Source of the DNA: an uncultured Clostridium sp.
Lineage (GTDB): Bacteria > Bacillota > Clostridia > TANB77 > CAG-508
Assembly: GCA_946495655.1 (NCBI GenBank)
Contig: CAMMDS010000005.1
Coordinates: 730-64,729 of the forward strand
Length of the DNA: 64,000 nucleotides
Direction: 5' to 3'
Each line of letters opens with the position of its first letter. Position 1 is the first letter of the stretch. The position numbers and the translations under genes were made by a program. Of this stretch, positions 49,447 to 59,640 are shown in pieces. The notes under the pieces were generated by a model. The model was not told where the DNA came from and ran no database searches. It worked only from the letters and a program-made list of their open reading frames with translations.

Positions 49447-51648
49447 ATGTCAGAATATAAAGATGTAGGAGTAGAAGATTTAATATCTGTAGTAAAAAAG
49501 AGAAAAGGCAGACGTGATACTAAAATCATTCAAAAAGCATACGATTATGCTAAAGCTAAACATGGAGATCAATTAAGAAAATCTGGAGAGCCATATATTA
49601 TACATCCTGTGCAAGTCGCATATACACTTGCAAATTTGGGCATGGATGATAATACTATTTGTGCAGCCCTTTTACATGATGTATTAGAAGATACTGAAAC
49701 TACATATGATGATTTAGTAAAAGAATTTAATGAAGAAGTAGCATATATGGTAGATGGTGTTACTAAACTTAGTAAACTTCAATATGCAAGTGTAGAAGAA
49801 CAACAAGTAGAAAATTACAGAAAAATGTTTCTAGCAATGGGTAAAGATATTCGTGTAATTTTAATAAAACTTGCAGATAGACTTCATAACATGAGAACAT
49901 TAAAATATTTAACACGTGATAGACAAATAGCTAATGCAAAAGAAACTATGGAACTATATGCACCACTTGCAAATAGACTTGGTGTGTATTCTTTAAAATG
50001 GGAATTAGAGGATTTATCTTTCAAATATCTATACCCAGAAGATTATAGAGAAATTGTTGAAGGAATAGATAGAAAAAGAGAAGAAAGATTAAAATTTATT
50101 GAGCTTATCATGGACCAAATAAAGGAAGAACTAAAAAAACAGAAAATAGAAGCTGAAGTTACAGGAAGAGCAAAACATTTATATAGTATATATAGAAAAA
50201 TGAAGAGAGATAATGTAACATTAGATCAAATTTATGATTTATTTGCATTAAGAATTATTGTAAATTCAGTAAAAGATTGTTATGCTTCTTTAGGTGTAGT
50301 TCATGATTTATATAATCCAATGCCAGGTAGATTTAAAGACTATATCGCAGTCCCAAAACCAAATATGTATCAATCTTTACATACAACATTAATTGGACCA
50401 AAAGGAACTCCGTTTGAAGTACAAATTCGTACATGGGACATGCATAAAGTAGCAGAATATGGTATTGCTGCACATTGGGCATATAAAGAATCTAGCTTCT
50501 TAAGTGGTAAAAAAGCAAATGTTAAAGTAGAAGATGATAAACTCGCATGGGTAAGAGAAACACTTGAATGGCAAAGTGAAATGCAAAATCCAGAAGAATT
50601 TATGCAAACTTTGAAAAAAGAGTTATTTGAAGACGAAGTGTACATATTTACTCCAAAAGGAGCAATAAAAGTACTTCCAAAAGGCTCAACTCCAATAGAT
50701 TTTGCATATCAAATACATGAAGAAATTGGAAATCATATGGTTGGATGCAAAATCAATAGCAAAATGATGCCAATTGTAACTAAATTAAAAAATGGAGATA
50801 TTGTAGAAATAATAACTTCAGACCAATCAAAAGGACCAAGTAGAGATTGGATAAAATTTGTAAAAAGTTCTAGAGCAAGAAATAAAATACTTAGCTGGTT
50901 TAAGAAAAATTTAAGAGAAGAGAATATAGAAAAAGGAAAAGATTTAATAGAGAAAGAATTAAAGAAATTAGGATTAAAACATGAAGATTTATTTAAAACA
51001 GAATTTATACAAGTAGTTTTAAACAGATATAAATTTAATTCTATTGAGGATATGTATTCAAGTGTAGGATTTGGTTCTATTACAGCAGGAAGAATTATAA
51101 CTAGAATGCTTGAAGAATATAGAAAAGTACACAAAGAAGATGATATAGAGAAGACTTTAGAAGCTTTAGCAAAAGAAAAAGTACATAAAGTAAAACCTTC
51201 ACAAAATGGTATAGTAGTAAAAGGAATAGACAATTGCTTGGTAAAATTATCAAAATGCTGTAATCCTGTTCCGGGAGACGAAATAATAGGATATATAACA
51301 AGAGGAAGAGGAGTTTCAGTTCATAGAACAGATTGCGTAAATACAAAGAATCTATTAAATGAAGGAAATAGAATAATTGATGTATACTGGAGTGATAGTA
51401 AGAAAACTGCCTATAGTGTTGATATTGAAGTATATGCAAATGACAGAACAGGGCTTTTAGCAGATATAATTAAAGTAGTTGGAGATAATAAATGCAAACT
51501 AATGGCAGTAACTTCAAAAGCAAACAAAGAAAAAATAGCCATAACAGAACTGACAGTTGAAGTGGAAGATATAGAAGAATTAAATATATTAATTAAAGCA
51601 ATAAGAAAAATAGATAGTGTTTACGAAGTAAAAAGAAAGAAAAACTAA
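49447..51648 (+). CDS. relA: bifunctional (p)ppGpp synthetase/hydrolase RelA/SpoT homolog
   Basis: HD domain (HPVQVA...LHDVLEDT), synthetase domain (YRSLHT-like QSLHTTL, EVQIRT), TGS and ACT domains; 733 aa. Confidence 0.95.
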   Translation: MSEYKDVGVEDLISVVKKRKGRRDTKIIQKAYDYAKAKHGDQLRKSGEPYIIHPVQVAYTLANLGMDDNTICAALLHDVLEDTETTYDDLVKEFNEEVAYMVDGVTKLSKLQYASVEEQQVENYRKMFLAMGKDIRVILIKLADRLHNMRTLKYLTRDRQIANAKETMELYAPLANRLGVYSLKWELEDLSFKYLYPEDYREIVEGIDRKREERLKFIELIMDQIKEELKKQKIEAEVTGRAKHLYSIYRKMKRDNVTLDQIYDLFALRIIVNSVKDCYASLGVVHDLYNPMPGRFKDYIAVPKPNMYQSLHTTLIGPKGTPFEVQIRTWDMHKVAEYGIAAHWAYKESSFLSGKKANVKVEDDKLAWVRETLEWQSEMQNPEEFMQTLKKELFEDEVYIFTPKGAIKVLPKGSTPIDFAYQIHEEIGNHMVGCKINSKMMPIVTKLKNGDIVEIITSDQSKGPSRDWIKFVKSSRARNKILSWFKKNLREENIEKGKDLIEKELKKLGLKHEDLFKTEFIQVVLNRYKFNSIEDMYSSVGFGSITAGRIITRMLEEYRKVHKEDDIEKTLEALAKEKVHKVKPSQNGIVVKGIDNCLVKLSKCCNPVPGDEIIGYITRGRGVSVHRTDCVNTKNLLNEGNRIIDVYWSDSKKTAYSVDIEVYANDRTGLLADIIKVVGDNKCKLMAVTSKANKEKIAITELTVEVEDIEELNILIKAIRKIDSVYEVKRKKN

Positions 51649-51650
51649 TG

Positions 51651-51702
51651 GCGTAATAGGGACAGGCCTCAAAACGACAAGATTGTCGTTTTGGGGACAG
51701 AC
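51651..51702 (+). repeat. type-2 composite repeat (forward copy)
   Basis: gcgtaatagggacaggcctcaaaacgacaagattgtcgttttggggacagac. Confidence 0.8.
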
Positions 51703-51771
51703 TTTGAAAGGATGTTTAGAAAAAAAGACAATAAAAGACAAATTTGGAATTTCTTACGAGGAGAATAAAAA

Positions 51772-52422
51772 ATGATATTAAAACAATTGAAATTAAATTC
51801 TATTATAGACAATATAATTACAAATTGTTATATTATAGTAGATGAAGAAACTAAAGAAGCTATGGTGATTGATCCAGCAGGTGAAGTGGATAAAATTATA
51901 GAATTACTTGAAATTATGAATGCAAAATTAAAGTATATTTATCTAACACATTGCCATGGAGACCATATAGGTGGTGTGGAAGAACTAAAAAAGAAAAAAG
52001 GTGGAAAAATACTTATTCATTCAGATGATTATGATGGGTTAAAAAATCCAGATATAAATTTGACAGGATTGCTATCAAAAGAACAAATTATAATAGAAGC
52101 GGATTCAAGAGTGAATGATGAAGATATATTACATATAGGTAATTTAGAATTTAAAGTTATTCATACTCCAGGACATACTAAAGGTGGAAGCAGTTTATAT
52201 TGTGAAGAAGAAAAAATGCTTTTTTCAGGAGATACATTATTCAAAGGAATGTGGGGAAGAACAGACCTTCCAACAAGTAATTTTGAAGATATTATTAAAT
52301 CTATAACAACCAAGTTACTTGTGTTTCCAGATGACACAATAGTATATCCAGGTCATGGAATGTCAACTAAAATATCAGAAGAGGAACCGATTTATTATAA
52401 TTTAATGCCAGGAGAAGATTAA
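51772..52422 (+). CDS. MBL-fold metallo-hydrolase (glyoxalase II-like)
   Basis: THCHGDHIGG, HTPGHTKGG and GD...GR motifs; 216 aa. Confidence 0.8.
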   Translation: MILKQLKLNSIIDNIITNCYIIVDEETKEAMVIDPAGEVDKIIELLEIMNAKLKYIYLTHCHGDHIGGVEELKKKKGGKILIHSDDYDGLKNPDINLTGLLSKEQIIIEADSRVNDEDILHIGNLEFKVIHTPGHTKGGSSLYCEEEKMLFSGDTLFKGMWGRTDLPTSNFEDIIKSITTKLLVFPDDTIVYPGHGMSTKISEEEPIYYNLMPGED

Positions 52423-52449
52423 AATAAATTTTATGTATAAATGTAAAAA

Positions 52450-52503
52450 GGACTGTCCTCAAAACGACAACCTTGTCTTTTTAAGGCCTGTCCCTATAAC
52501 GAC
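52450..52503 (-). repeat. type-2 composite repeat (inverted copy)
   Basis: ggactgtcctcaaaacgacaaccttgtctttttaaggcctgtccctataacgac is the reverse complement of the 9419/51651 consensus. Confidence 0.8.
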
Positions 52504-52517
52504 AAAGGAGGGATTTT

Positions 52518-53819
52518 ATGAAAGTAGAACCAAGAACATTACCAGGATTTATGGAGTTACTTCCAAGTGAACAAATACAATTTAATGGTATGATAGATAA
52601 AATAAGAAAATCATATGAAAAATTTGGTTTTTTACCAATAGATACACCAATAATTGAAAGCTCAGAAGTGCTTCTTGCAAAAGCAGGAGGAGAAACTGAA
52701 AAACAGATTTATCGTTTTAATAAAGGTGAGAATGATTTATCTTTGAGATTTGATTTAACTGTTCCACTTGCAAAATATGTTTGTGAATATTATAACGATA
52801 TAACATTTCCTTTTAAAAGATATCAAATAGGAAAGGTATATAGAGGAGAAAGACCTCAAAAAGGAAGGTACAGAGAGTTTTATCAATGTGATATCGATAT
52901 AATAGGTGATGAAGATTTAAGCATTATCAATGATGCAGAAATGCCAAGTGTAATTTATACAACGATAAAAGAGCTTGGTTTTGAAGATTTTACTATTAGG
53001 ATTAATAATAGAAAACTATTAAATGGTTTATTTGCAGAGCTTGAATTGAAAGAAGAATCTGTAGAGATAATGAGAATAATAGATAAATTAGAAAAAATAG
53101 GAAAAGATAATGTGATTAAATGTTTAGAAGATTTAAATGTAGAAAATGATAAAATCGAAAAAATATTAGCGTTTATAGGCATAGATGGAAACACAGATGA
53201 CAAAATCAAAGCATTAGAAAATCTAAATTTCAATAATGAACTATTTTTAGAAGGATTGAAAGAACTTAAAGAAGTAGTAAAATATATACGATTATTTGGA
53301 GTACCAGATACTCATTTTAAAGTAGATTTAACAATTGCAAGAGGGCTTGATTATTATACTGGAACTGTATATGAAACTTTCTTAAATGATTATAGAGAGA
53401 TAGGAAGCGTATGTTCTGGTGGAAGATATGATAATTTAGCAGGATTCTATACAGATAGAAAAATGCCAGGTGTTGGAGTTTCTATAGGACTAACTAGACT
53501 TTTCTATAAATTAAGTGAATTAAATATCCTAAAAGAAGAGCAAAAGTCTATTTCAAAAGTATTAGTTGTTTCTATGACAGAAAATTTAGATAAAGCATTA
53601 GAGGTAGGAGAAAAATTAAGAAATGCTGGAATAAACACTGATGTATATTTAGAAAACAAAAAAATTAAAGCAAAATTTAAATACGCAGACAAACTTCAAA
53701 TTCCGTTTGTAGCAGTTATTGGAGAAGAAGAAGAAAAGAATGGTACAGTAAGTCTAAAAAATATGGAAACTGGAGAGCAAAAAGAAATAAAAGTTGAAGA
53801 TTTGATTGATGCAATATAA
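52518..53819 (+). CDS. hisS: histidine--tRNA ligase
   Basis: Class II motifs (LRFDLTVPLAKYV, YRGERPQKGRYREFYQCD, GGRYDNL) plus a C-terminal anticodon-binding domain. Confidence 0.9.
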   Translation: MKVEPRTLPGFMELLPSEQIQFNGMIDKIRKSYEKFGFLPIDTPIIESSEVLLAKAGGETEKQIYRFNKGENDLSLRFDLTVPLAKYVCEYYNDITFPFKRYQIGKVYRGERPQKGRYREFYQCDIDIIGDEDLSIINDAEMPSVIYTTIKELGFEDFTIRINNRKLLNGLFAELELKEESVEIMRIIDKLEKIGKDNVIKCLEDLNVENDKIEKILAFIGIDGNTDDKIKALENLNFNNELFLEGLKELKEVVKYIRLFGVPDTHFKVDLTIARGLDYYTGTVYETFLNDYREIGSVCSGGRYDNLAGFYTDRKMPGVGVSIGLTRLFYKLSELNILKEEQKSISKVLVVSMTENLDKALEVGEKLRNAGINTDVYLENKKIKAKFKYADKLQIPFVAVIGEEEEKNGTVSLKNMETGEQKEIKVEDLIDAI

Positions 53820-53951
53820 TAATAATAGGATATTAGATATAACCTAAATAAATTTTAGGTTATATTTTTTTATGCCCAAGCATATATTTATATATAGTAA
53901 CTTGTACTCTTATGATTAGAATTTTATAATAAAAATAGAAGGGATATATGT

Positions 53952-55076
53952 ATGATCAATTTAGCTGTTATAGAATTAAAGGATATAGTTAAATACTTAA
54001 TACGAATAACATTGATAATAGTAGTGGTTGTATTTTTAACAAAATATTTCTCTAATTTTAAAACAAAATTAAATACACAAAAAAATTCTTTTCTATCATG
54101 TTTAGATACAGTTGTTCCAAGTATTAAAACTGTGAACAAAAAAGATGAAAATATTAATACAAGTAATAAAATAGAACCTTTAAAGTTGGCATTAGGAATT
54201 GAATTAGGGGTAATTGATAGTATAGAACAAGATTCAAATGATACAACACAAATGGAAAATCAAGTAGAAGACAATATAGTTGTAAATGAAATTGATGATG
54301 GAGAAATTCAAGAAGCTGAAACGGGCTTAAAGACAGAGGTATTAAAAAATAATGTACCAGAGAAATACACAAGTGAATATAATGGAGTCAAAATAAGAAA
54401 TGAAACTGATAATATTAAACTAACTAAAGAAATGCTTGTACCTGAGGTTGATATTAACACTAAAAATATACTAATTTACCATACTCATACATGCGAAAGT
54501 TATACGCCTACAGAAAATTATAAGTATAAAAAATCTGGAAATTTTAGAACAAAAGATTTAAATTGTAATATGGCAAGAGTTGGAACAGAACTTGCAAAAT
54601 ATATGAAACATTATGGATATAATGTAATACATGATACTACAATTTATGATTCATCATATAGTGAATCATATGATAGATCATTAAAAGGAGTTGCCAAATT
54701 ATTAGAAGAAAATAAAGGAACAGATATTTTATTCGATATACATAGAGATGCAATAGGAGATAGTTCATATGCGCCTACAGTAAAAATAGGTGATGAAGAA
54801 GCGGCACAAATGATGTTTGTAATTGGTAGTAACGGAGGAGGAAGTGAGCATGACAATTGGAATGAAAACTTGAAGTTTGCTATAAAGATACAAGAAAAAG
54901 CAAATGAACTTTATCCAGGATTATTTAAACCAATTATATTAAGAGATAGTAGATATAATCAGCAATTAGCAAAAGGTGCAAGTATAATTGAGGTTGGAGC
55001 AACAGGAAATACTATGGAGCAATGTTTAGCAAGTATGAAATACTTGTCAAAGGTTTTAAGTGAAGTGTTGAAATAA
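53952..55076 (+). CDS. spoIIP: stage II sporulation protein P (SpoIIP amidase)
   Basis: N-terminal TM helix. ILIYHTHTCESYTP, DIHRDA and FVIG...N motifs of SpoIIP. Confidence 0.85.
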   Translation: MINLAVIELKDIVKYLIRITLIIVVVVFLTKYFSNFKTKLNTQKNSFLSCLDTVVPSIKTVNKKDENINTSNKIEPLKLALGIELGVIDSIEQDSNDTTQMENQVEDNIVVNEIDDGEIQEAETGLKTEVLKNNVPEKYTSEYNGVKIRNETDNIKLTKEMLVPEVDINTKNILIYHTHTCESYTPTENYKYKKSGNFRTKDLNCNMARVGTELAKYMKHYGYNVIHDTTIYDSSYSESYDRSLKGVAKLLEENKGTDILFDIHRDAIGDSSYAPTVKIGDEEAAQMMFVIGSNGGGSEHDNWNENLKFAIKIQEKANELYPGLFKPIILRDSRYNQQLAKGASIIEVGATGNTMEQCLASMKYLSKVLSEVLK

Positions 55077-55172
55077 AGAATAGGCATGAATTATATATTC
55101 ATGTCTATTTCTATATAATTATTCAAATTTTCAATTGATGTGAAAATCTGTACAAAAACTTGTAAACATTCC

Positions 55173-55201
55173 TTGACAAATTAAATAAAATTACATATAA
55201 T
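55173..55201 (+). promoter_or_regulatory. canonical sigma-A promoter TTGACA-17-TATAAT upstream of marR
   Basis: ttgaca (55173..55178), 17-nt spacer, tataat (55196..55201). Confidence 0.55.
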
Positions 55202-55211
55202 ATACTGTTAG

Positions 55212-55667
55212 TTGCCTAACAATAACTTGGAGGTGGTTAGAATAGAAAATATAGATATAGGAAGGTGTGTACATATATTATCTAGGCAAATAAAAAGAAA
55301 AGTTGATGAATCTGTATCAAAGTATGATGTTACAGCAGTACAATGTAGCTTTATTAAAATTATAAATGAATGTACAAAAAATGGAGATGTATATGCAAAA
55401 GATATAGAAGCTAAATTTAATATGAGGAGAGCAACTGTTGCTGAAATATTAAGTCTGATGGAGAAAAATGGATTAATAGTAAGAGAATCAAATAATGGTG
55501 ATGCTAGATTAAAGAAAATACTTTTAACTCAAAAATCATTAGAAATACAGAGTAGTATAGAAAAAGAAATTAAAAAAGTAGAAGATAATTTAAAAAAGGA
55601 TTTAACAAAAGAAGAAATAACTCAATTTATGAAAACTATGAAGAAAATGTCTGAAAACATAGAATAA
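55212..55667 (+). CDS. MarR-family transcriptional regulator (start codon uncertain)
   Basis: Winged-helix pattern ...RATVAEILSLMEKNGLIVRE...DARLKKILLT. The only good RBS (ggaggtgg, 55229..55236) lies inside the ORF-track model, so the true start is probably downstream of 55212. Confidence 0.7.
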   Translation: MPNNNLEVVRIENIDIGRCVHILSRQIKRKVDESVSKYDVTAVQCSFIKIINECTKNGDVYAKDIEAKFNMRRATVAEILSLMEKNGLIVRESNNGDARLKKILLTQKSLEIQSSIEKEIKKVEDNLKKDLTKEEITQFMKTMKKMSENIE

Positions 55668-55719
55668 TTGATATTTTTTCAGTTAAAAGATAGATATTCA
55701 AAATCCGTTCCATCTTGCT

Positions 55720-55770
55720 GGCAGATATATTTTCTATTCTCCAAGTATTCGAATAGAAAATATATCTGCC
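55720..55770. promoter_or_regulatory. perfect 20-bp inverted repeat (11-nt spacer) between marR and the ABC exporter genes
   Basis: ggcagatatattttctattc ... gaatagaaaatatatctgcc, embedded in an outer gttcca/tggaac pair. No T-tract follows. Confidence 0.5.
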
Positions 55771-55832
55771 ACGTGGAACTACTTAGAAAAAACATTATAT
55801 CATATAAAAATAATAAAAAATGGAGGTAAAAA

Positions 55833-57575
55833 ATGATAAAGAAACTTGCAAAATATGTAAAAGACTGTAAGAAAGATGCAATTTTGACACCAATCTTTGT
55901 TATTTTTGAAGTTGTAATGGAAGTTGTAATTCCATACTTAATGGCAAAAATAATAGATGTTGGTATTCAAAATAATGATGTTAAATACATCCTAGAAATA
56001 GGAGTATTTTTAATTGTGTCTGCAATATTATCACTAGCCTTTGGTATGCTATCAGGAAGATTTGCAGCAAAGGCATCTGCAGGATATGCAAAAAATTTAA
56101 GAAAAGCTATGTTTGATAAAATACAAACATATGCATTTGAAAATATTGATAAATTCTCAACATCAAGCTTAATCACAAGACTTACAACAGATGTAACTAA
56201 TGTACAACATGCGTTTCAAATGATTATTAGAATACTAGTAAGAGCACCAATAATGCTTATATTTGCTTTATTCATGACTTTTAATATAAGTGCAAAACTT
56301 GCATGTATATTCTTAGTTGCAATACCAGTACTAGGATTCCTTTTAATATTTATAGCGAAAAAAGCACATCCACATTTTGAAAGGGTATTTAAGAAATATG
56401 ATAAATTAAATAGAGTTGTTCAAGAAGATTTAGCAGGAATAAGAGTTGTAAAAGCATATGCAAAAGAAGATTTAGAAAAAGAAAAATTTAAAGATGTAAA
56501 CAATGAAGTATACACTATATTCAAAAAAGCTGAAAAAATCGTTGCTTTTAACTCACCAGTAATGCAATTTACAGTTTATACATGTATTCTATTAATATCA
56601 TGGTTTGGTGCACAATTTATTGTTGGTGGAGAAATGCAAACAGGACAATTATCTAGTTTAATTACATATGCATATCAAATACTTATGAGCTTAATGATGC
56701 TTTCTATGGTATTTGTTATGGTAATAATTGCACAATCTTCAGCTGAAAGAATTGTGGAAGTTCTAGAGGAAGAACCAGCAATAAAGAACAAAGAAAGAAC
56801 TGTAAAAGAAGTAAAAGATGGAGGAATTGTATTTGACAATGTAAGCTTCTGCTATAGTGATGAAAAAGATAGAACAAAATTTGCTTTAAGGAACATTAAT
56901 TTAGAAATTAAACCAGGTGAAACAGTAGGTATTATAGGCGGAACAGGAAGCTCTAAATCTACTTTAGTTCAATTAATTCCAAGATTATATGAAGCAACTA
57001 AAGGAAGAGTTAAAGTAGGTGGAGTAGATGTTAGAGATTATGACCTAGATACTTTAAGAGATAGTGTTTCAATGGTGTTACAGAAAAATGTATTATTCTC
57101 AGGTACAATTAGTGAAAACTTAAGATGGGGAAATAAAGAGGCTGATGATGAAGAATTAGAAAGAGTATGTAAACTTGCCCAAGCAGATAGCTTCATAAAA
57201 CAATTCCCTGCAAAATATGAAACAGTATTAGACCAAGGTGGTACTAATGTGTCCGGTGGGCAAAAACAAAGAATTTGTATTGCTAGAGCATTACTTAAAA
57301 AGCCAAAAATATTAATACTAGATGATTCAACAAGTGCTGTTGATACAAAAACAGATGCTTTAATTAGAAAAGCATTTAGAGAAGAAATACCAAATACAAC
57401 AAAAATAATTATTGCACAAAGAATTAGTTCTATAGAAGATGCAGATAAAATTGTTGTATTAAATGAAGGAAGAATTGATGGAATTGGTACATCAGAAGAA
57501 TTGTTAAAAACAAATAAAATATATAGAGAAGTGTATGAATCTCAAATGAAAGGTGATGAAACAGCAAGCAAATAA
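55833..57575 (+). CDS. ABC exporter, fused permease/ATPase (heterodimer subunit 1)
   Basis: Six-TM exporter domain; Walker A GGTGSSKST, signature VSGGQKQR, Walker B ILILDDSTSAVD. Confidence 0.9.
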   Translation: MIKKLAKYVKDCKKDAILTPIFVIFEVVMEVVIPYLMAKIIDVGIQNNDVKYILEIGVFLIVSAILSLAFGMLSGRFAAKASAGYAKNLRKAMFDKIQTYAFENIDKFSTSSLITRLTTDVTNVQHAFQMIIRILVRAPIMLIFALFMTFNISAKLACIFLVAIPVLGFLLIFIAKKAHPHFERVFKKYDKLNRVVQEDLAGIRVVKAYAKEDLEKEKFKDVNNEVYTIFKKAEKIVAFNSPVMQFTVYTCILLISWFGAQFIVGGEMQTGQLSSLITYAYQILMSLMMLSMVFVMVIIAQSSAERIVEVLEEEPAIKNKERTVKEVKDGGIVFDNVSFCYSDEKDRTKFALRNINLEIKPGETVGIIGGTGSSKSTLVQLIPRLYEATKGRVKVGGVDVRDYDLDTLRDSVSMVLQKNVLFSGTISENLRWGNKEADDEELERVCKLAQADSFIKQFPAKYETVLDQGGTNVSGGQKQRICIARALLKKPKILILDDSTSAVDTKTDALIRKAFREEIPNTTKIIIAQRISSIEDADKIVVLNEGRIDGIGTSEELLKTNKIYREVYESQMKGDETASK

Positions 57576-57579
57576 TTAC

Positions 57580-57670
57580 AATTTTGACGGTGTCAAACTT
57601 CATTTGAAATTTAATCAACGTACAATTAGTACGCCTCATAAATTTCAAACTTGTTTTCCTTGTCAAAATT
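57580..57670. repeat. imperfect inverted-repeat element between the two ABC exporter genes
   Basis: aattttgac...tttgaaattt at the left end, aaatttcaaa...gtcaaaatt at the right end; inner hairpin ttgacggtgtcaa. Confidence 0.45.
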
Positions 57671-57715
57671 TAATTCTTTGCTTGCCAGATTGTGTATAAA
57701 GAAAGGAGATAAAAA

Positions 57716-59575
57716 GTGGAAAAGAAAACTAAGAAATCAAAAACAATATTTAGACTTTTAAAATATGTATTTACAACATATAAATTACAATTTTTCATAG
57801 TATTAGTTGCTATAATTGTTAGTGCGCTTGCCAATGTTATGGGAATTCAGTTTATTCAAAGCTTAATAGATAATTACATAGTACCATTAATAGGACATGA
57901 AAATCCAGATTTTTCATCATTGCTACAAGCAATTCTTTCTATGGGAGCTATATACTTAATAGGTGTTTTAGCAACATATTTATATAACAGACTTATGATT
58001 AATATTTCACAAGGAATATTAAATAAAATACGTACTGAAATGTTTGAACATATGCAAACTTTACCAATAGGATATTTTGATAGCCATTCACATGGTGAGA
58101 TAATGAGTACATATACAAATGATGTTGACACATTAAGAGAATGTTTAAGCCAAAGTATTCCTATGGTATTTTCTGCAGTAGTTTCAATGATTACAGTGCT
58201 AATTTCAATGTTTACAACTAATATATACTTAACATTGGTTGTAATTGCAATGGTAATAATTATGACATTTGTATCTAGATATTTAGGTGGAAATAGTTCA
58301 AGATATTTCGTAAAACAACAAGAAGATTTAAGTAAAGTAAATGGATATATAGAAGAAATGATGGAAGGACAAAAAGTTGTAAAGGTCTTCTGTCATGAAG
58401 AAGAGTCAAAGAAAAAATTTGATGAATTAAACGAAAATTTATGTGATAGTGGTGCTAAGGCAAATACGTATGCAAATATTTTAATGCCATGTATATTAAA
58501 TATTGGTAACTTGGGATATGTTTTAGTTGCAGTAATAGGTGGCATACTTTCAATAAATGGAATATTATCAATAGGTAATATTGCAGCATTCTTACAATAT
58601 GTAAAAGCATTTACAAATCCACTAGGTCAGGTTTCACAACAAATGAACTTTATAATTATGGCTTTAGCTGGAGCTGAGAGAATATTTAAATTAATAGATG
58701 AAAAACCAGAAGAAGATGATGGTTATGTAACTTTAGCAAATGCTAAAATGGAAAATGGTAAAATTGTTGAAACAGAAGAAAGAACAGGATTATGGGCTTG
58801 GAAACATCCTCATCATGATGGTAGAATTACTTATGCAAGATTAAGGGGACGTGTTACATTTGATGATGTAGTGTTTGGATATACAGATAAAAAAGTTGTA
58901 TTACACAATATTTCTCTTGAAGCTAAAGAAGGACAAAAAGTATCTTTTGTTGGTGCAACAGGAGCTGGAAAAACAACTATTACTAACTTAATAAATCGTT
59001 TTTATGATATACAAAGTGGAAAAATTAGATATGATGGAATAAATATACAAAAAATCAAAAAAGCTGATTTAAGAAGATCACTTGGTATGGTATTACAAGA
59101 CACTAACTTGTTTACAGGAACCATCAAAGACAATATTAGATACTCAAGACCAGAAGCTTCTGATGAAGAAGTTATAGCTGCTGCGAAACTTGCAAATGCA
59201 GACACATTTATAAAACACTTACCACAAGGTTATGACACAGTTATAACTGGAAATGGAGAAGGATTATCACAAGGACAAAGACAATTACTTTCAATTGCAA
59301 GAGCAGCATTGGACAATGCACCAGTATTAATACTAGATGAAGCAACATCAAGTATCGATACTCGTACAGAAAAAATAGTTCAAGATGGTATGGATAAACT
59401 TATGAAAGGAAGAACAGTTTTTGTAATAGCACATAGATTGTCTACAATTAGAAACTCAGATTTAATTATGGTACTTGACCAAGGTAGAATAATTGAAAGA
59501 GGAAATCACAATGAGTTAATAGCTAAGAAAGGTATGTACTATGGACTATACACAGGAGCAATTGAAATAGATTAG
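57716..59575 (+). CDS. ABC exporter, fused permease/ATPase (heterodimer subunit 2)
   Basis: GTG start after aaaggag. Walker A GATGAGKTT, signature LSQGQRQL, Walker B ILDEATSSID. Confidence 0.9.
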   Translation: MEKKTKKSKTIFRLLKYVFTTYKLQFFIVLVAIIVSALANVMGIQFIQSLIDNYIVPLIGHENPDFSSLLQAILSMGAIYLIGVLATYLYNRLMINISQGILNKIRTEMFEHMQTLPIGYFDSHSHGEIMSTYTNDVDTLRECLSQSIPMVFSAVVSMITVLISMFTTNIYLTLVVIAMVIIMTFVSRYLGGNSSRYFVKQQEDLSKVNGYIEEMMEGQKVVKVFCHEEESKKKFDELNENLCDSGAKANTYANILMPCILNIGNLGYVLVAVIGGILSINGILSIGNIAAFLQYVKAFTNPLGQVSQQMNFIIMALAGAERIFKLIDEKPEEDDGYVTLANAKMENGKIVETEERTGLWAWKHPHHDGRITYARLRGRVTFDDVVFGYTDKKVVLHNISLEAKEGQKVSFVGATGAGKTTITNLINRFYDIQSGKIRYDGINIQKIKKADLRRSLGMVLQDTNLFTGTIKDNIRYSRPEASDEEVIAAAKLANADTFIKHLPQGYDTVITGNGEGLSQGQRQLLSIARAALDNAPVLILDEATSSIDTRTEKIVQDGMDKLMKGRTVFVIAHRLSTIRNSDLIMVLDQGRIIERGNHNELIAKKGMYYGLYTGAIEID

Positions 59576-59576
59576 T

Positions 59577-59640
59577 GAGAAATTGGGGACAGACACATTT
59601 TGCTCAAATGATAAATTGGGGTCTGTCCCCAATTTATCAT
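59577..59640. repeat. type-1 repeat: GAGAAATTGGGGACAGA half-site plus a complete inverted hairpin
   Basis: gagaaattggggacagac-acattttgctcaaat-gataaattggggtctgtccccaatttatc. Confidence 0.8.

Noticed and set aside
52423-52517. T-box leader upstream of hisS, and SAM/T-box leader upstream of metA (33624..33813)
   Set aside because: The hisS upstream region is occupied by the type-2 repeat and lacks the T-box AGGGUGGNACCGCG motif. The metA upstream region shows only a hairpin and a promoter-like ttgatt-17-taaaat.
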